From NCBI GenBank assembly GCA_001800285.1, contig MGVC01000014.1:1756-65755 (forward strand): DNA of 64,000 nt. The letters run 5' to 3'. Under the pieces are notes generated by a model that was not told the DNA's origin, made no database searches, and saw nothing but the letters and a program-made list of their open reading frames with translations. The stretch comes from Elusimicrobia bacterium RIFOXYA2_FULL_39_19. GTDB lineage: Bacteria > Elusimicrobiota > Endomicrobiia > CG1-02-37-114 > XYA2-FULL-39-19. Both the position numbers and the translations under genes were made by a program. Shown here in pieces: positions 53,648 to 63,932 of this stretch. The stretch's first letter is position 1, and every line of letters starts with the position of its first letter.

Positions 53648-54765
53648 AATTTCATGTATACCTTTCCGGGTAAAGATTTTAGCTTCTGTTTTATTTCAAG
53701 AGCTATTAAAGCTTCCGAGAGTTCCCCAAAACTACATTCGGAAGATTTGCGCAATTTATCAATATTCACACCTTCCGGTGAATCATCTAATATGGAAAGA
53801 ATTTTAATTTCCAAAGGGTTTAAAATTGTAAACTCGTTATGTTGGCTTTCAATTACCGCTGATTTTGAACGCTCTTTCAGCCAGTCTGCCAGTAAAGAGA
53901 TTTCATCAACTACATCATTAGCGTTTTCAATTAATTTTGCTCCCTGCTTTATCAGAAAATGCGGGCCTGTGCTGACTTTTGAAAATATGCTTCCTGGAAC
54001 TGCAAATACATCTTTTCCCTGTTCAAGTGCGCACTTGGCAGTTATAAGCGTACCGCTTTTTTCATCACCTTCTATAACAATAGTTCCCAGGGAAAGCCCT
54101 GCAATTAATCTGTTTCTTCTCGGAAAATTAAATTTTTCCGGGCCATAATCAAAAGGAAACTCGCTTATCAAAGCGCCCTGAGCGCATATCTTATCTTCAA
54201 GTTTTCTGTTTTCCGGAGGATAATGCTTTCCTAAACCGTTTCCAAGTACTGCTATAGTACGCGCATTGTTGTTTAAAGCCGTCTTGTGCGCTATTGTGTC
54301 AATTCCCCTGGCTAATCCGCTGACAATGGTTACCTGAAGTTTTGCAAAATCTTTTGTAATTATTTCTGTTACAGCATTTCCGTACTGTGTTGGTTTTCTT
54401 GTACCAACAACTGCTACAGAATATACATCATCATTTTTCAGGCTGCCCTTAACATAAAGCACCTGCGGATAATCCTGTAAAGTCAGCAATTGCTGAGGAT
54501 AATTCCTGTTTGAAGGAATTAATATTTCTATCCCGTTTTCTTTTGTCTTCAATATTTCTTTGTCAACATCAATGTTATTTCTGCTTTTCAACACTTTTGA
54601 AGCAATTTCGGCAGTAAACTCTCCTGCGGCACATATTTCTTCAACCGTACTATCAAATATCTTTGATGCATTTCCAAAATAGTTCACCAGTTTCCCGGCG
54701 CGTATACAACCTATTTCAGGAACCATGTTAAGCAATACGCTGGCATGTAATTCTGTTAATTGCAT
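53644..54765 (-). CDS. dprA: DNA-processing protein DprA
   Basis: 'VVGTR', 'IVSGLARGID..AH', 'FPRRNRLIAGLS', 'VFAVPG'. Confidence 0.96.
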   Translation of the reverse strand: MQLTELHASVLLNMVPEIGCIRAGKLVNYFGNASKIFDSTVEEICAAGEFTAEIASKVLKSRNNIDVDKEILKTKENGIEILIPSNRNYPQQLLTLQDYPQVLYVKGSLKNDDVYSVAVVGTRKPTQYGNAVTEIITKDFAKLQVTIVSGLARGIDTIAHKTALNNNARTIAVLGNGLGKHYPPENRKLEDKICAQGALISEFPFDYGPEKFNFPRRNRLIAGLSLGTIVIEGDEKSGTLITAKCALEQGKDVFAVPGSIFSKVSTGPHFLIKQGAKLIENANDVVDEISLLADWLKERSKSAVIESQHNEFTILNPLEIKILSILDDSPEGVNIDKLRKSSECSFGELSEALIALEIKQKLKSLPGKVYMKL

Positions 54766-54799
54766 AGAAAATTTGTTTATTACCTGTGGCGGGAAGATA

Positions 54800-55186
54800 T
54801 CAGTAGCCTTTTAGAACCCCGATTCTTTTTTCGGAAAAATTGCAATCCGTAGATTCCGGATAAAGATCAATCAGTTTTTTGTATTCTTCTATGGCTTTTT
54901 TTCTATCTTCTTTTTCATCATATAAATGAGCAAGACCGAATTGTGCTTTGGGTGCCCATTGTGTATCAGGATAATTTTTAAGAATTTTTTTGTAATTGCT
55001 TATACCGTTATCCCAGTTAGAAAATATCGTATTGAATTGGCCCAGATTATAATAGACAACAGGAATATATTTCCAGTCTTTGTGGGCATCTAAATATTCT
55101 TCAATTTTGCCCGTTTCCGACAAATACTTTATTCCGTGATAAGAGCCATAAACCAGTAAAATGATTATTACTATTTTACGTATCAT
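54800..55186 (-). CDS. Membrane-anchored TPR protein (YbgF/BamD-like repeats)
   Basis: N-terminal TM; 'YKKILKNYPDT.WAPKAQFGLA', 'YKKLIDLYPES'. Confidence 0.75.
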   Translation of the reverse strand: MIRKIVIIILLVYGSYHGIKYLSETGKIEEYLDAHKDWKYIPVVYYNLGQFNTIFSNWDNGISNYKKILKNYPDTQWAPKAQFGLAHLYDEKEDRKKAIEEYKKLIDLYPESTDCNFSEKRIGVLKGY

Positions 55187-55192
55187 CAGCGC

Positions 55193-56107
55193 TTATTCCT
55201 CGCTTATTTTTACGTAATCGCCTTTAACCAGGGGTTCGTAAGATTTCAAAACTATTGCAGTAGAACTGGTCCTGTTAACTTCTCTTGTTATTTCCAGTAT
55301 GCCTACTCTTAAAACCTGATAGCCTATTAGATTACCATCGTTGTCACGAACCTTATCCTTCTTTCGGTAAACATCAAGCCTGATTCCTTCTTTAATTCCT
55401 GAATTTGAACCAATGTCAATAAAAACAGTATCGCTTTGAGAAATTAGCGTTCTGCCGTCTTTTGAACCTACAATTTTTCCATCAAGATTATAGTTCATGG
55501 GCACTACAAAACTGTTGGGTGCACCGTATTTTGTTTTTCCTTTTGTTTTTTTTGGTTTTATTGCTTTTTTGGGAGGCTCTACTACCGGTTTTTCTTCTTC
55601 AACTTCTTCTACTATTTCCGGCTCACTTTCTTCTGCTACAGGTTCTTCAATAGTTTGTTCGGGAACCGGTTCTTCTACGGGAGCCTGTTGTACTGTTTCA
55701 GCTGTTTCTTCAACAGGAGCAGGCGGTTCCGGTGAAACTTCAGGCTCTTCTGTTTTTGCTTCCGGCGAAGGGGGTTCTGCCAGGGCTACCTCCTGCACAG
55801 GTTCTGCTTCCTGTACTGCTTCAGGTTCTTCAGCAATTGCCGGAGGTTCTGCCAAAACATCAACAGAATTTAAACCAGGGATAATGATTTCCTGATTTGG
55901 ATAAATTAAATCAGGATTTTTTACAGTTTCTGAATTGGCTTCAAATATTTTTTTCCATAACCAGGGGTTTTGATAATGTTTTCCGGCTAAATCCCAAAGA
56001 GTGTCTTTTTCTACAACCTTGTAATTTAAATCTTCAGAAAAAATACCTAGGCTGCATACCAAAATAATTATAAACGTATTAACAAAAAATAATCCTTTTT
56101 TTAACAT
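55193..56107 (-). CDS. LysM protein with acidic/Pro linker and C-terminal beta domain (TsaP-like)
   Basis: 'YKVVEKDTLWDLA…NPWLWKKIFEAN…NPDLIYPNQEIIIP'; C-terminal 'DTVFIDIG…G.LEI…A.VLKSYEPL.KGD'; near dprA. Confidence 0.8.
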   Translation of the reverse strand: MLKKGLFFVNTFIIILVCSLGIFSEDLNYKVVEKDTLWDLAGKHYQNPWLWKKIFEANSETVKNPDLIYPNQEIIIPGLNSVDVLAEPPAIAEEPEAVQEAEPVQEVALAEPPSPEAKTEEPEVSPEPPAPVEETAETVQQAPVEEPVPEQTIEEPVAEESEPEIVEEVEEEKPVVEPPKKAIKPKKTKGKTKYGAPNSFVVPMNYNLDGKIVGSKDGRTLISQSDTVFIDIGSNSGIKEGIRLDVYRKKDKVRDNDGNLIGYQVLRVGILEITREVNRTSSTAIVLKSYEPLVKGDYVKISEE

Positions 56108-56193
56108 TTATTACCTCTCTTTATGGGTTTTTTACCCTGCTCTATAATTAATTATTTTAATTATTATAAAATAAAAATTAAAAGTCAACTGTT

Positions 56194-56862
56194 CTAGGTA
56201 TTTCCGGTATTCTTTTCAAACTTAAAAAACCAGAAGTACGATTCGGTTAAAATAATTCCTATTATGGCCCCAGCTATAACATCACTAAGATAATGAACCC
56301 CAACATAAATCCTGCTTATCCCCACTACCATTGCAACCGCAAAAAATATCCATGCACGTTTTTTTATTGTTTTACTTAAAAAAACAGCTGAGGTAAATAT
56401 TGCCTGGGTGTGCCCTGAAGGGAACCCGTGTTCTCTCATCTCCGGAGACAGCAGTTTTATATCATGAATCCTCTGAAGAGGCCTGGGTCTGTTGAAAATA
56501 TACTTTAAAATCTGTATTACAAGCCCACCAATTATTAAAATAGTCATGAAATATGTAAAATTGTATTTGAAATTCTTTTTATCATGAAAATAAAGAATTA
56601 ATCCTACCATAGGTATTATTACTCTGCCATCACCAAGCATGGTCATAAAAATCATAAACCCATCACAAATATCAGAATTTGTAGAATGATTTATGTAAAT
56701 AACCGCTCTGTCATCAAAATTATTAAACTCAGATTTGAACTTCTCCCATCTGGATTGGCCAAAAGCAGCGGACGTGAGAAAAAAACCAAAAAATATTAAA
56801 AAAACAATTATTCTTCTGATGATTTTCATATATACCTCAATTTTCCAGTAGAATATAACCAC
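56194..56862 (-). CDS. PAP2-family phosphatase
   Basis: 'KYIFNRPRP', 'FPSGH', 'SRIYVGVHYLSDV'; the start may be ATG 56829. Confidence 0.9.
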   Translation of the reverse strand: MVIFYWKIEVYMKIIRRIIVFLIFFGFFLTSAAFGQSRWEKFKSEFNNFDDRAVIYINHSTNSDICDGFMIFMTMLGDGRVIIPMVGLILYFHDKKNFKYNFTYFMTILIIGGLVIQILKYIFNRPRPLQRIHDIKLLSPEMREHGFPSGHTQAIFTSAVFLSKTIKKRAWIFFAVAMVVGISRIYVGVHYLSDVIAGAIIGIILTESYFWFFKFEKNTGNT

Positions 56863-58450
56863 CGGATTCCTTTCTTATGTTTACATCATATGATAATAAA
56901 TTATCTACCAGCCTTTTTTGAGTTAAAACAAATGTTTTCACGCCAATCGTCTGATTATTTAACAAAATGCATTCAAATCTGTACTTTTCTTCTTCTGATA
57001 AAAACACAGTCTTGTGCCTTGAATAAAACACAACACTTGGCTGCTGCAGCGCATAAACTATAAGGGTATCATTATCTTTCATGTTTGACTTGGCTTCAAG
57101 CGTTAAATCCGTTATGGGTCCCTGCATAATTTTCCAACCGGCAGGCATTACATATCCAGAGAAAATAAAGTTAAAAATAAACATTCCCGAAACTATAACA
57201 ATAAAAGCTTCTACTTTTCTTTTTATCTTGAAACAAAAATAAATGGAACCCGTATAAATAACTAAAAAAACAGACAGAAGAATTGCTGGAATACCTAACG
57301 AAACATGTTCCGATAAAAAAGGATTACTAAAGTTTGTCCGGGCAATATTTATCAGCTGTTCATTTAATCCAAATAAAATACCAAAAGAAAAAGCAACAAC
57401 GGACAGCAAAAGTAGTGCTAATGAAATTTCTTTTTTGTAGTATCTTTCTGTTTTAAAATAGCTGTTCCACCAGTTAGCAACCATGATACTTATAGGAACA
57501 AATACCGGAAAAATGTAATTCGGCAATTTTGTTTGAGCTATGGTGAAAAAGATAAAAGGAATAACAGCCCATAAAAAAATCAACAATGTTTTTTTATCTC
57601 TCTGTATCATTCTGAATATACCTGCCGGCAAAAACCCGGACCAGGGGAAAAAACCGAAAAGAATTACAAAAAAGTAGTAAAACACATTTCCGGAATGGCC
57701 TTCAAAAGAAGATGAAAAACGGGTTATATTATGGTAAAGAAAAAAATCTTTAATAAAATATCCATTGGTTGCTACTGAAACTATAATGTACCAGGGAAGA
57801 CTGATAAGCAAAAATATACCTAGCCCTTTAAGTAATTGCATTTCTTTCACTTTTCGTAAGTCCTTGCATATTGTCAGAAATGTTACAACAATCATGAATG
57901 GAATTACTATTCCAAAAGGCCCTTTCGTTAATGTAGCCAAAGCAGAAAACACGTAAAACCATAAATAGTATTTTTTTTTGTTGTTAAAGTATGCGGTCAT
58001 AAAACTGAATATTGCACAGGTCATTGTCAAAACCATTAATGTATCCATAGTGGCAGCCTTGCCTACAACTATAGCCTCAACATTTGTAGCCAAAATAACA
58101 GCCGCCATTATTCCTATGGACTTATCAAATAATTTCCTTGAAAAATAGTAAGTTATGCCAAAAAGCAAAAACATAAATACCACACTTGGCATTCTGGAAG
58201 CAAACTCTGTTACACCTAAAATTTTATAACTTATTCCTGCAAACCAGTAATAAAGTACAGGCTTATGTAAAAACGGCAGATAATTAAATTGCGGCACAAA
58301 AATATTTCCTGTTTCAACCATTTCCCGGGCAACTTCTGAATAATATGCTTCGTCTTCGTCAAATAATCCGCACTTGTCTATTCCATAAAACAAGTAAAAC
58401 ACCAGCAATAAACCTAAAACTGAATATTTGATTATTTCCTTTGTTTTCAT
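56837..58450 (-). CDS. ArnT/GT39-family glycosyltransferase
   Basis: 'DEDEAYY.E.AREM', 'KPVLYYW', 'EFASRMPS', 'LTKGP', 'TKLPNYIFP'. Confidence 0.9.
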   Translation of the reverse strand: MKTKEIIKYSVLGLLLVFYLFYGIDKCGLFDEDEAYYSEVAREMVETGNIFVPQFNYLPFLHKPVLYYWFAGISYKILGVTEFASRMPSVVFMFLLFGITYYFSRKLFDKSIGIMAAVILATNVEAIVVGKAATMDTLMVLTMTCAIFSFMTAYFNNKKKYYLWFYVFSALATLTKGPFGIVIPFMIVVTFLTICKDLRKVKEMQLLKGLGIFLLISLPWYIIVSVATNGYFIKDFFLYHNITRFSSSFEGHSGNVFYYFFVILFGFFPWSGFLPAGIFRMIQRDKKTLLIFLWAVIPFIFFTIAQTKLPNYIFPVFVPISIMVANWWNSYFKTERYYKKEISLALLLLSVVAFSFGILFGLNEQLINIARTNFSNPFLSEHVSLGIPAILLSVFLVIYTGSIYFCFKIKRKVEAFIVIVSGMFIFNFIFSGYVMPAGWKIMQGPITDLTLEAKSNMKDNDTLIVYALQQPSVVFYSRHKTVFLSEEEKYRFECILLNNQTIGVKTFVLTQKRLVDNLLSYDVNIRKESGGYILLEN

Positions 58451-59997
58451 ACCAACCTTCTATCAACGGACCTGTATTGAATTGCTTCCGACACATCCAT
58501 AGCTTCAATACTGTCTCTTTGGCTTAAATCAGCGATGGTCCTTGCCACCTTTAAAACGCTGTCATAAGCTCTTGCTGATAATCCCAACCGCTCAATGGAC
58601 TGTTTTAATACTTTTTTTGACGGCTCATCTAATTTACAGTGTTTTTTTATAAGTTTGGAGGTCATTCTTGTATTTGAATATATTTTTTCATTCTTAAGTC
58701 TTTCAATCTGCATTTCCCTGGCCTTGAGAACTCTTTTTCTTATTTCTGAAGATGACTCCGAAGGTGATTTGTCTTCAATCATTTCAGAAGATTTTAATGA
58801 AGGAACATCAAGATGTATATCAATTCTATCCATCAAGGGGCCTGAAATTCTGTTTATATATTTCTGTATTTGAAAAAGATTACAAACACATTCTTTTTCC
58901 GGGTGTCCGTAGTAGCCGCACGGACAGGGGTTCATTGCGGCAACCAGCATAAAACTTGCCGGAAAAGTAAGACTTGTCTGGGCTCTGGATATTGTTACTA
59001 CGCCATCCTGAAGCGGCTGTCTCAGTACTTCAAGCACATCCCTGTGAAATTCCGGCAGTTCATCTAAAAATAATATACCGTTATGAGCCAGGCTTACTTC
59101 CCCCGGTTTCGGATAGGTCCCTCCGCCTATAAGCGCAACATTTGAAATTGTATGATGCGGGGAACGAAACGGCCTGAATGAAAGCAGTCCTTTGTTTCCT
59201 GAAATATAGCCTGCAACAGAATGTATTTTTGTTGTTTCCAGGGATTCATCAAAATTCAGCATAGGAAGTATGGTGGGCATTCTTTTTGCAAGCATTGTTT
59301 TTCCTGCCCCGGGCTGACCGATCATAAGTACATTATGTCCGCCTGCCGCAGCTATTTCCAAAGCTCTTTTAGCAAATTCCTGCCCTTTTACTTCTGAAAA
59401 ATCCAAATCTTCAGGATGTTTTATATTTTTTATATCAAGACCCTCAACAACTACCGGATCTAAAGAAATTTCATTATTAAGAAAATCTACAACTTCCTTC
59501 AAGTTATTCACCGCTATGATATTTTTACAATTAAGCATTGCCGCTTCATGGGCATTGCCTTTAGGCAAAATTATACCTTCTATTTCCGGGTTTTTAGTTT
59601 CGGATATCTCTCTTACTGCAAGGGTAATGGGCAGAATACCCTTAACTTCCCTCAAACTTCCGTCCAATGCCAGCTCTCCGATTAAAACATACTTTTTCAG
59701 CTTATCTGTTTTAACTGTTTCGGATGCCGCCAGTATTCCAATGGCTATGGGAAGGTCAAATCCGACTCCTTCTTTCTTTAAATCAGCTGGAGCAAGATTA
59801 ACCGTAATTTTTCGCATCTGGTGATCATAACCGGAATTTTTTATTGCAGCTATTACCCGGTCTTTTGATTCCGTTATGGCCCTGTCAGGAAGGCCTATAG
59901 TAGCAAAGGTAGGCAACCCGGAAGATATATCTACCTCCACTTGTACTATATATCCGTTAATTCCATGAATTGTTGCTGACAATACCTGAGATAACAT
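58447..59997 (-). CDS. comM: ComM/YifB Mg-chelatase-like AAA+ ATPase
   Basis: 'VNLAPADLKKEG..FDLPIA', 'GQPGAGKT', 'PFRSPHHT', 'AMNPCPCG', 'ISGPLMDRID'. Confidence 0.94.
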   Translation of the reverse strand: MLSQVLSATIHGINGYIVQVEVDISSGLPTFATIGLPDRAITESKDRVIAAIKNSGYDHQMRKITVNLAPADLKKEGVGFDLPIAIGILAASETVKTDKLKKYVLIGELALDGSLREVKGILPITLAVREISETKNPEIEGIILPKGNAHEAAMLNCKNIIAVNNLKEVVDFLNNEISLDPVVVEGLDIKNIKHPEDLDFSEVKGQEFAKRALEIAAAGGHNVLMIGQPGAGKTMLAKRMPTILPMLNFDESLETTKIHSVAGYISGNKGLLSFRPFRSPHHTISNVALIGGGTYPKPGEVSLAHNGILFLDELPEFHRDVLEVLRQPLQDGVVTISRAQTSLTFPASFMLVAAMNPCPCGYYGHPEKECVCNLFQIQKYINRISGPLMDRIDIHLDVPSLKSSEMIEDKSPSESSSEIRKRVLKAREMQIERLKNEKIYSNTRMTSKLIKKHCKLDEPSKKVLKQSIERLGLSARAYDSVLKVARTIADLSQRDSIEAMDVSEAIQYRSVDRRLV

Positions 59998-59998
59998 T

Positions 59999-60364
59999 TT
60001 AGTAAAATATTTTCCCTTCTATCTGAAATGCATTCTTTATTAATTCAATTTTTTCGTTTGTGATTGCAACCACATCAAAACGCATATTCTTATTAATCAG
60101 ATTTTTTGATTTCAGGTACATTAACGCGGTCTTAGCAATTTTCAGCTGTTTCCTTCTGTCTATTGCTTCCTGCGGCAAACCATAATTCATACTGCTGCGA
60201 TTTTTTACTTCTATAAAAACCACATCTTTTTTATCTTCTGCTATTATATCAACTTCACCGTAACGGGTTTTAAAATTGTTTTCTAAAATTTTATAACCGT
60301 TTTTCAAAAGGTATTCGGCTGCTTTCTGTTCTCCAATATTTCCAAACTCTTTTCTTTTTTCCAT
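59999..60364 (-). CDS. yraN: YraN-family nuclease
   Basis: 'G..GE..A..YL', 'GEVDIIA', 'FIEVK.R', 'RFDVVAI'. Confidence 0.92.
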   Translation of the reverse strand: MEKRKEFGNIGEQKAAEYLLKNGYKILENNFKTRYGEVDIIAEDKKDVVFIEVKNRSSMNYGLPQEAIDRRKQLKIAKTALMYLKSKNLINKNMRFDVVAITNEKIELIKNAFQIEGKIFY

Positions 60365-60374
60365 TAATCGTTTT

Positions 60375-60968
60375 CTACTTAAAATTAAATGTTAGTCTGT
60401 GTATTTTTGTAAGCCCGTATTTTTTTATGGCTTCTTTATGCGCTTTTGTTGGATATCCTTTATGTACATTGAACCCGTATTGAGGATAACTGGTGTGCAT
60501 TTTGTACATAATATTATCCCTTGTAACTTTTGCTATGATGGACGCAGCAGCTACACAGGCACTTTTTGTATCACCTTTTATGATGGGTTTTTGTTTGTTT
60601 TTCAGTTTAGGAATTGTAAACGGGCCGTCAATGAGTACTAAATCGGGGTTTATTTTTAATTTTTTTACTGCTTTTTTCATGGCCAAGTAGGTTGCATTAA
60701 AAATATTGATGCGGTCTATTGTTTTGTGACTGCAAATACCGATACCTATGGAAACTGACTTCTGCTGTATTAACTTAAAAATTTCTTTTCTTTTAGCTTC
60801 AGTAAGGGTCTTGCTGTCATTTATTCCCTTGATATGTATATTTTTTGGCAGGATAACCGCAGAAGCTACCACCGGACCGGCCAGAGGCCCTCTTCCGGCT
60901 TCATCAACTCCTGCAATATATTTGAAGTTTTTGTAATACTTTTTGTCAAATCCAAAAAGCGAAGACAT
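60375..60968 (-). CDS. rnhB: Ribonuclease HII
   Basis: 'GVDEAGRGPLAGPV', 'DSK', 'KGD', 'AAASIIAKVTRD', 'HKGYPT'. Confidence 0.96.
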   Translation of the reverse strand: MSSLFGFDKKYYKNFKYIAGVDEAGRGPLAGPVVASAVILPKNIHIKGINDSKTLTEAKRKEIFKLIQQKSVSIGIGICSHKTIDRINIFNATYLAMKKAVKKLKINPDLVLIDGPFTIPKLKNKQKPIIKGDTKSACVAAASIIAKVTRDNIMYKMHTSYPQYGFNVHKGYPTKAHKEAIKKYGLTKIHRLTFNFK

Positions 60969-61345
60969 TAAGCCTTTGCGGCTGTATTTTCAGCTGCTGG
61001 TGCTTCTTCTTTTAATTCATCTTCAACTTTTGAAGCTTTTCCGGTAAGAGCTCTTAAATAATAGAGTTTTGCTCTTCTTACCTTGCCTTTTTTGACCACT
61101 TCAATTTTATCAATGGAAGGTGAATGCATGGGAAATATTCTTTCTATACCCACACCAAAAGAAACCTTTCTTACTGTAAATGTTTCATTAAGCCCACCGC
61201 TGTGCTTTCTAATTACAATACCCTCAAAAGCCTGCAGCCTTTGCGCTTCGCCTTCTTTGATTTTTACAACCACTCTTACAGTATCTCCGTGGTTGAATTT
61301 TGTGATGTTGGTTTTTTTCTGCGATGCTAGAATTTCATCAATCAT
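60968..61345 (-). CDS. rplS: 50S ribosomal protein L19
   Basis: 'GDTVRV', 'RLQAFEG', 'TFTVRK', '[12 protein letters not shown]'. Confidence 0.97.
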   Translation of the reverse strand: MIDEILASQKKTNITKFNHGDTVRVVVKIKEGEAQRLQAFEGIVIRKHSGGLNETFTVRKVSFGVGIERIFPMHSPSIDKIEVVKKGKVRRAKLYYLRALTGKASKVEDELKEEAPAAENTAAKA

Positions 61346-62081
61346 TTTTCTGCTCCTTTTTTAGTTCTTTCACTAATTTTATTTCTTCTTCCGTCAAATT
61401 TTTGTTTTTAAAGAGTTCCGGCCTTTTTAAAAGCGTGTTTTTAAAAGATTGTTTTTTTCTCCACTTTTCTATTTCTTTATGATTACCTGATAATAAGACG
61501 TCCGGAACTTTTGCTTTTTTAAAAATCCTGGGCCGGGTATAATGCGGATAATCAAGCAGGCCGTTAAAAAAAGAATCTTTTTCTACCGATTCATTCTCTT
61601 TTATTACTCCCGGCATGAACCTGGCTATAGCATCAACAACAACCATGGCAGGCAGTTCCCCGCCAGTTAAAACATAGTCGCCTATTGATATTTCTGAATC
61701 TATCAGTTTCATTACTCTTTCATCTACGCCTTCATAATGCGCACAAATGAAAATCAGATGTTTTTCTTTTGAAAGATCTATTGCAACTTTATTATTCAGT
61801 GCTTTCCCTTGGGGAGAAAGAAAAATTATCTTTGATTTCAGTTTTTTTGTAACTTTTTTTATATACCCTACTGCTTTATAAACGGGTTCGGCTTTCAGTA
61901 CCATGCCGCTGCCGCCGCCGAAGGGCCTGTCATCTACTATTCTGTGTTTATTTTCAGAAAAATCCCGGAGATTATGAATCTTAATATCCAATATTCCGTT
62001 TTTTCTGGCTCTTCCTATCATACTCTCTTCAAAGATCTGGTCAAACATTCTAGGAAAAATCGTAATAATATCAATTTTCAT
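61338..62081 (-). CDS. trmD: tRNA (guanine-N1)-methyltransferase
   Basis: '[13 protein letters not shown]', 'YEGVDER', '[11 protein letters not shown]', 'YPHYTRP'. Confidence 0.97.
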   Translation of the reverse strand: MKIDIITIFPRMFDQIFEESMIGRARKNGILDIKIHNLRDFSENKHRIVDDRPFGGGSGMVLKAEPVYKAVGYIKKVTKKLKSKIIFLSPQGKALNNKVAIDLSKEKHLIFICAHYEGVDERVMKLIDSEISIGDYVLTGGELPAMVVVDAIARFMPGVIKENESVEKDSFFNGLLDYPHYTRPRIFKKAKVPDVLLSGNHKEIEKWRKKQSFKNTLLKRPELFKNKNLTEEEIKLVKELKKEQKND

Positions 62082-62089
62082 ATAAAGAA

Positions 62090-62611
62090 TTAAACTTCTT
62101 TATCATCAAGCAATCCGCTGAGAGGCTTAATAACTACTTTCTTGTTTTCTGTATCAATACTTTTTATGATTTCTTTTGTTACCGGTATAAGGCGTTCTGT
62201 ATTATCTTTTCTTTTTACTATAAGAACATCATTTGAACCGGTTTTAAACAACTCGGTTACTTTTCCGATATTTTCATTAGCATCCGAAAACACTTCACAA
62301 CCTATCAAATCATCAACCCAAAATACATTTTCCGGAAGTTTTTCAAGGTTGATACCGATACTATAACCCTGAACCTTTTTTGCTATATCTATATTGTCTA
62401 TTTTTATTATTTTAAGCAGCCAAAGGTTATTAAACTGTCGGATGGATTCTATTTCAAAAGGGCCTTGCAAATCATCTTTTTTTTCAAGAAATATGTGCTG
62501 ACCCGGGGTTAGGCAGTGTTTACTGTTAATCTCAGCGGAAAGTTCGCCCTTAATACCATGAGTTTTAACTATAAAACCAACCTTTAACAGTCGCTTTTCA
62601 AATGTTCCCAT
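62090..62611 (-). CDS. rimM: Ribosome maturation factor RimM
   Basis: 'HGIKGE', 'DDLIGC.V', 'TGSNDVL', 'LIP'; synteny. Confidence 0.93.
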   Translation of the reverse strand: MGTFEKRLLKVGFIVKTHGIKGELSAEINSKHCLTPGQHIFLEKKDDLQGPFEIESIRQFNNLWLLKIIKIDNIDIAKKVQGYSIGINLEKLPENVFWVDDLIGCEVFSDANENIGKVTELFKTGSNDVLIVKRKDNTERLIPVTKEIIKSIDTENKKVVIKPLSGLLDDKEV

Positions 62612-62646
62612 TACCTACCTTAACTTTTTCTAAATTTTCCGGCAGG

Positions 62647-62883
62647 TTATTCAATAATCTCAACCGTTGCTCTTTTATCAAGTTTTGCTGCTGCAGAGCT
62701 TACTATGGTGCGGATTGATTTGATAATCCGGCCCTCTTTTCCGATTATTTTACCACGGTCTGTATCAGATACTTTAAGCTCTAGTATTGTAGATTTGTCT
62801 CCCTGAATCTCTTTTACTTCTACGCTTTCCGGGTTATCAACAAGTGCTTTTGCAATCTGCACTACCAACTCTTTCATTTTCAT
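62647..62883 (-). CDS. khpA: KH-domain RNA-binding protein
   Basis: 'LVDNP', 'GKIIGKEGRIIKSIRT'; lies between rpsP and rimM. Confidence 0.92.
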   Translation of the reverse strand: MKMKELVVQIAKALVDNPESVEVKEIQGDKSTILELKVSDTDRGKIIGKEGRIIKSIRTIVSSAAAKLDKRATVEIIE

Positions 62884-62915
62884 CCTCCGACTAAGTAACA
62901 ATCACTTTCAACTGG

Positions 62916-63164
62916 CTACGCAACTACTTCTTTTGCAGATTTCTTAACCAGCACGGAAACAATATCAGAAGGCTGGGCTCCGCATTTTATCCAATAATCG
63001 TATCTTTCGTTGTCTAAAGTAATCTTACTTTTTTGCTTTTTGGGATCATAATGGCCTAAAGTTTCGATAACTTTACCGTCTCTTTTCTTACGGGAATCGC
63101 ACACAATTATTCTGTAAACAGGTTCTTTTGGACGTCCGCATCTTTTTAATCTAATTTTTACCAC
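62916..63164 (-). CDS. rpsP: 30S ribosomal protein S16
   Basis: 'VKIRLKR.G', 'YRIIV.DSR..RDG..IE.LG.YDP', 'GAQPSD'. Confidence 0.97.
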   Translation of the reverse strand: MVKIRLKRCGRPKEPVYRIIVCDSRKKRDGKVIETLGHYDPKKQKSKITLDNERYDYWIKCGAQPSDIVSVLVKKSAKEVVA

Positions 63165-63207
63165 GACTTATGTAATCACCTCCTGACAAATACTACAAAG
63201 ATAGGTC

Positions 63208-63236
63208 ATTTTACTTTTAAATAATGATTTTGTCAA
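63208..63236 (-). promoter_or_regulatory. Sigma70-type promoter of the rpsP operon
   Basis: TTGACA(63236-31)-17 bp-TAAAAT(63213-08). Confidence 0.7.
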
Positions 63237-63248
63237 TGGTTCCGGCTG

Positions 63249-63932
63249 TTAAAACTGGACGGATACTGACTCAATTACTTTTTGCAGTTTTTGGTAGGTT
63301 TGTTTTGGTGTTTTTGCGCCAAAAACAGAATTTCCACAAACAAGCAACTGGGCTCCTGAGCTTACAACCAATGGTATATTTGACTCATCAATGCCGCCAT
63401 CAACTTCAATTATACAGTTCAAATTTTTTGATTTTATGTATTTATTTAAGATTTCTATCTTGTTTTCCGAACCCGGAATGTACTTTTGGCCGCCAAATCC
63501 AGGCTCCACGCTCATTACAAGCACCAGGTCTAGCAAATGAATGTAAGGCATTACACTTTCAACAGAAGTGCCCGGTTTTATGGAAATGCCGGCTTTTTTA
63601 CCGTAGCTTTTGATTTTTTTGATTATTTCTTCCGGTTTCTGGCTGCCTGCTTCAAGATGAATTGTAATTAAATCAGCTCCTGCATTGGCAAACATCTCAA
63701 TGTATTTCATTGGGTCAGAAATCATAAGGTGCACATCAAAAACTGCTTTTGTACACTTCCTGATTGATTTTATTACACACTGACCGAAAGTAATATTAGG
63801 CACAAAGTGTCCGTCCATCACATCAATGTGCAGATACTCAACGTTTAATTCATCCAGCCAGCTTAACTGTTCGCTTAAACATGCAAAATCAGCAGATAAA
63901 AGCGAAGGAGCTATTTTAGCTTTCATTTCCAT
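63249..63932 (-). CDS. rpe: Ribulose-phosphate 3-epimerase
   Basis: 'IAPSLLSADF', 'HIDVMDGHFVPN', 'DVHLM', 'MSVEPGFGGQ', 'VDGGI'. Confidence 0.97.
   Translation of the reverse strand: MEMKAKIAPSLLSADFACLSEQLSWLDELNVEYLHIDVMDGHFVPNITFGQCVIKSIRKCTKAVFDVHLMISDPMKYIEMFANAGADLITIHLEAGSQKPEEIIKKIKSYGKKAGISIKPGTSVESVMPYIHLLDLVLVMSVEPGFGGQKYIPGSENKIEILNKYIKSKNLNCIIEVDGGIDESNIPLVVSSGAQLLVCGNSVFGAKTPKQTYQKLQKVIESVSVQF

Noticed and set aside
296-63613. Numerous short plus-strand and alternate-frame ORFs in the track (e.g. 1208-1723, 2602-3117, 30381-30581, 48470-48667, 53654-54148)
   Set aside because: They are antisense or out-of-frame shadows of well-supported genes, tRNAs or repeats, with no recognisable motifs.
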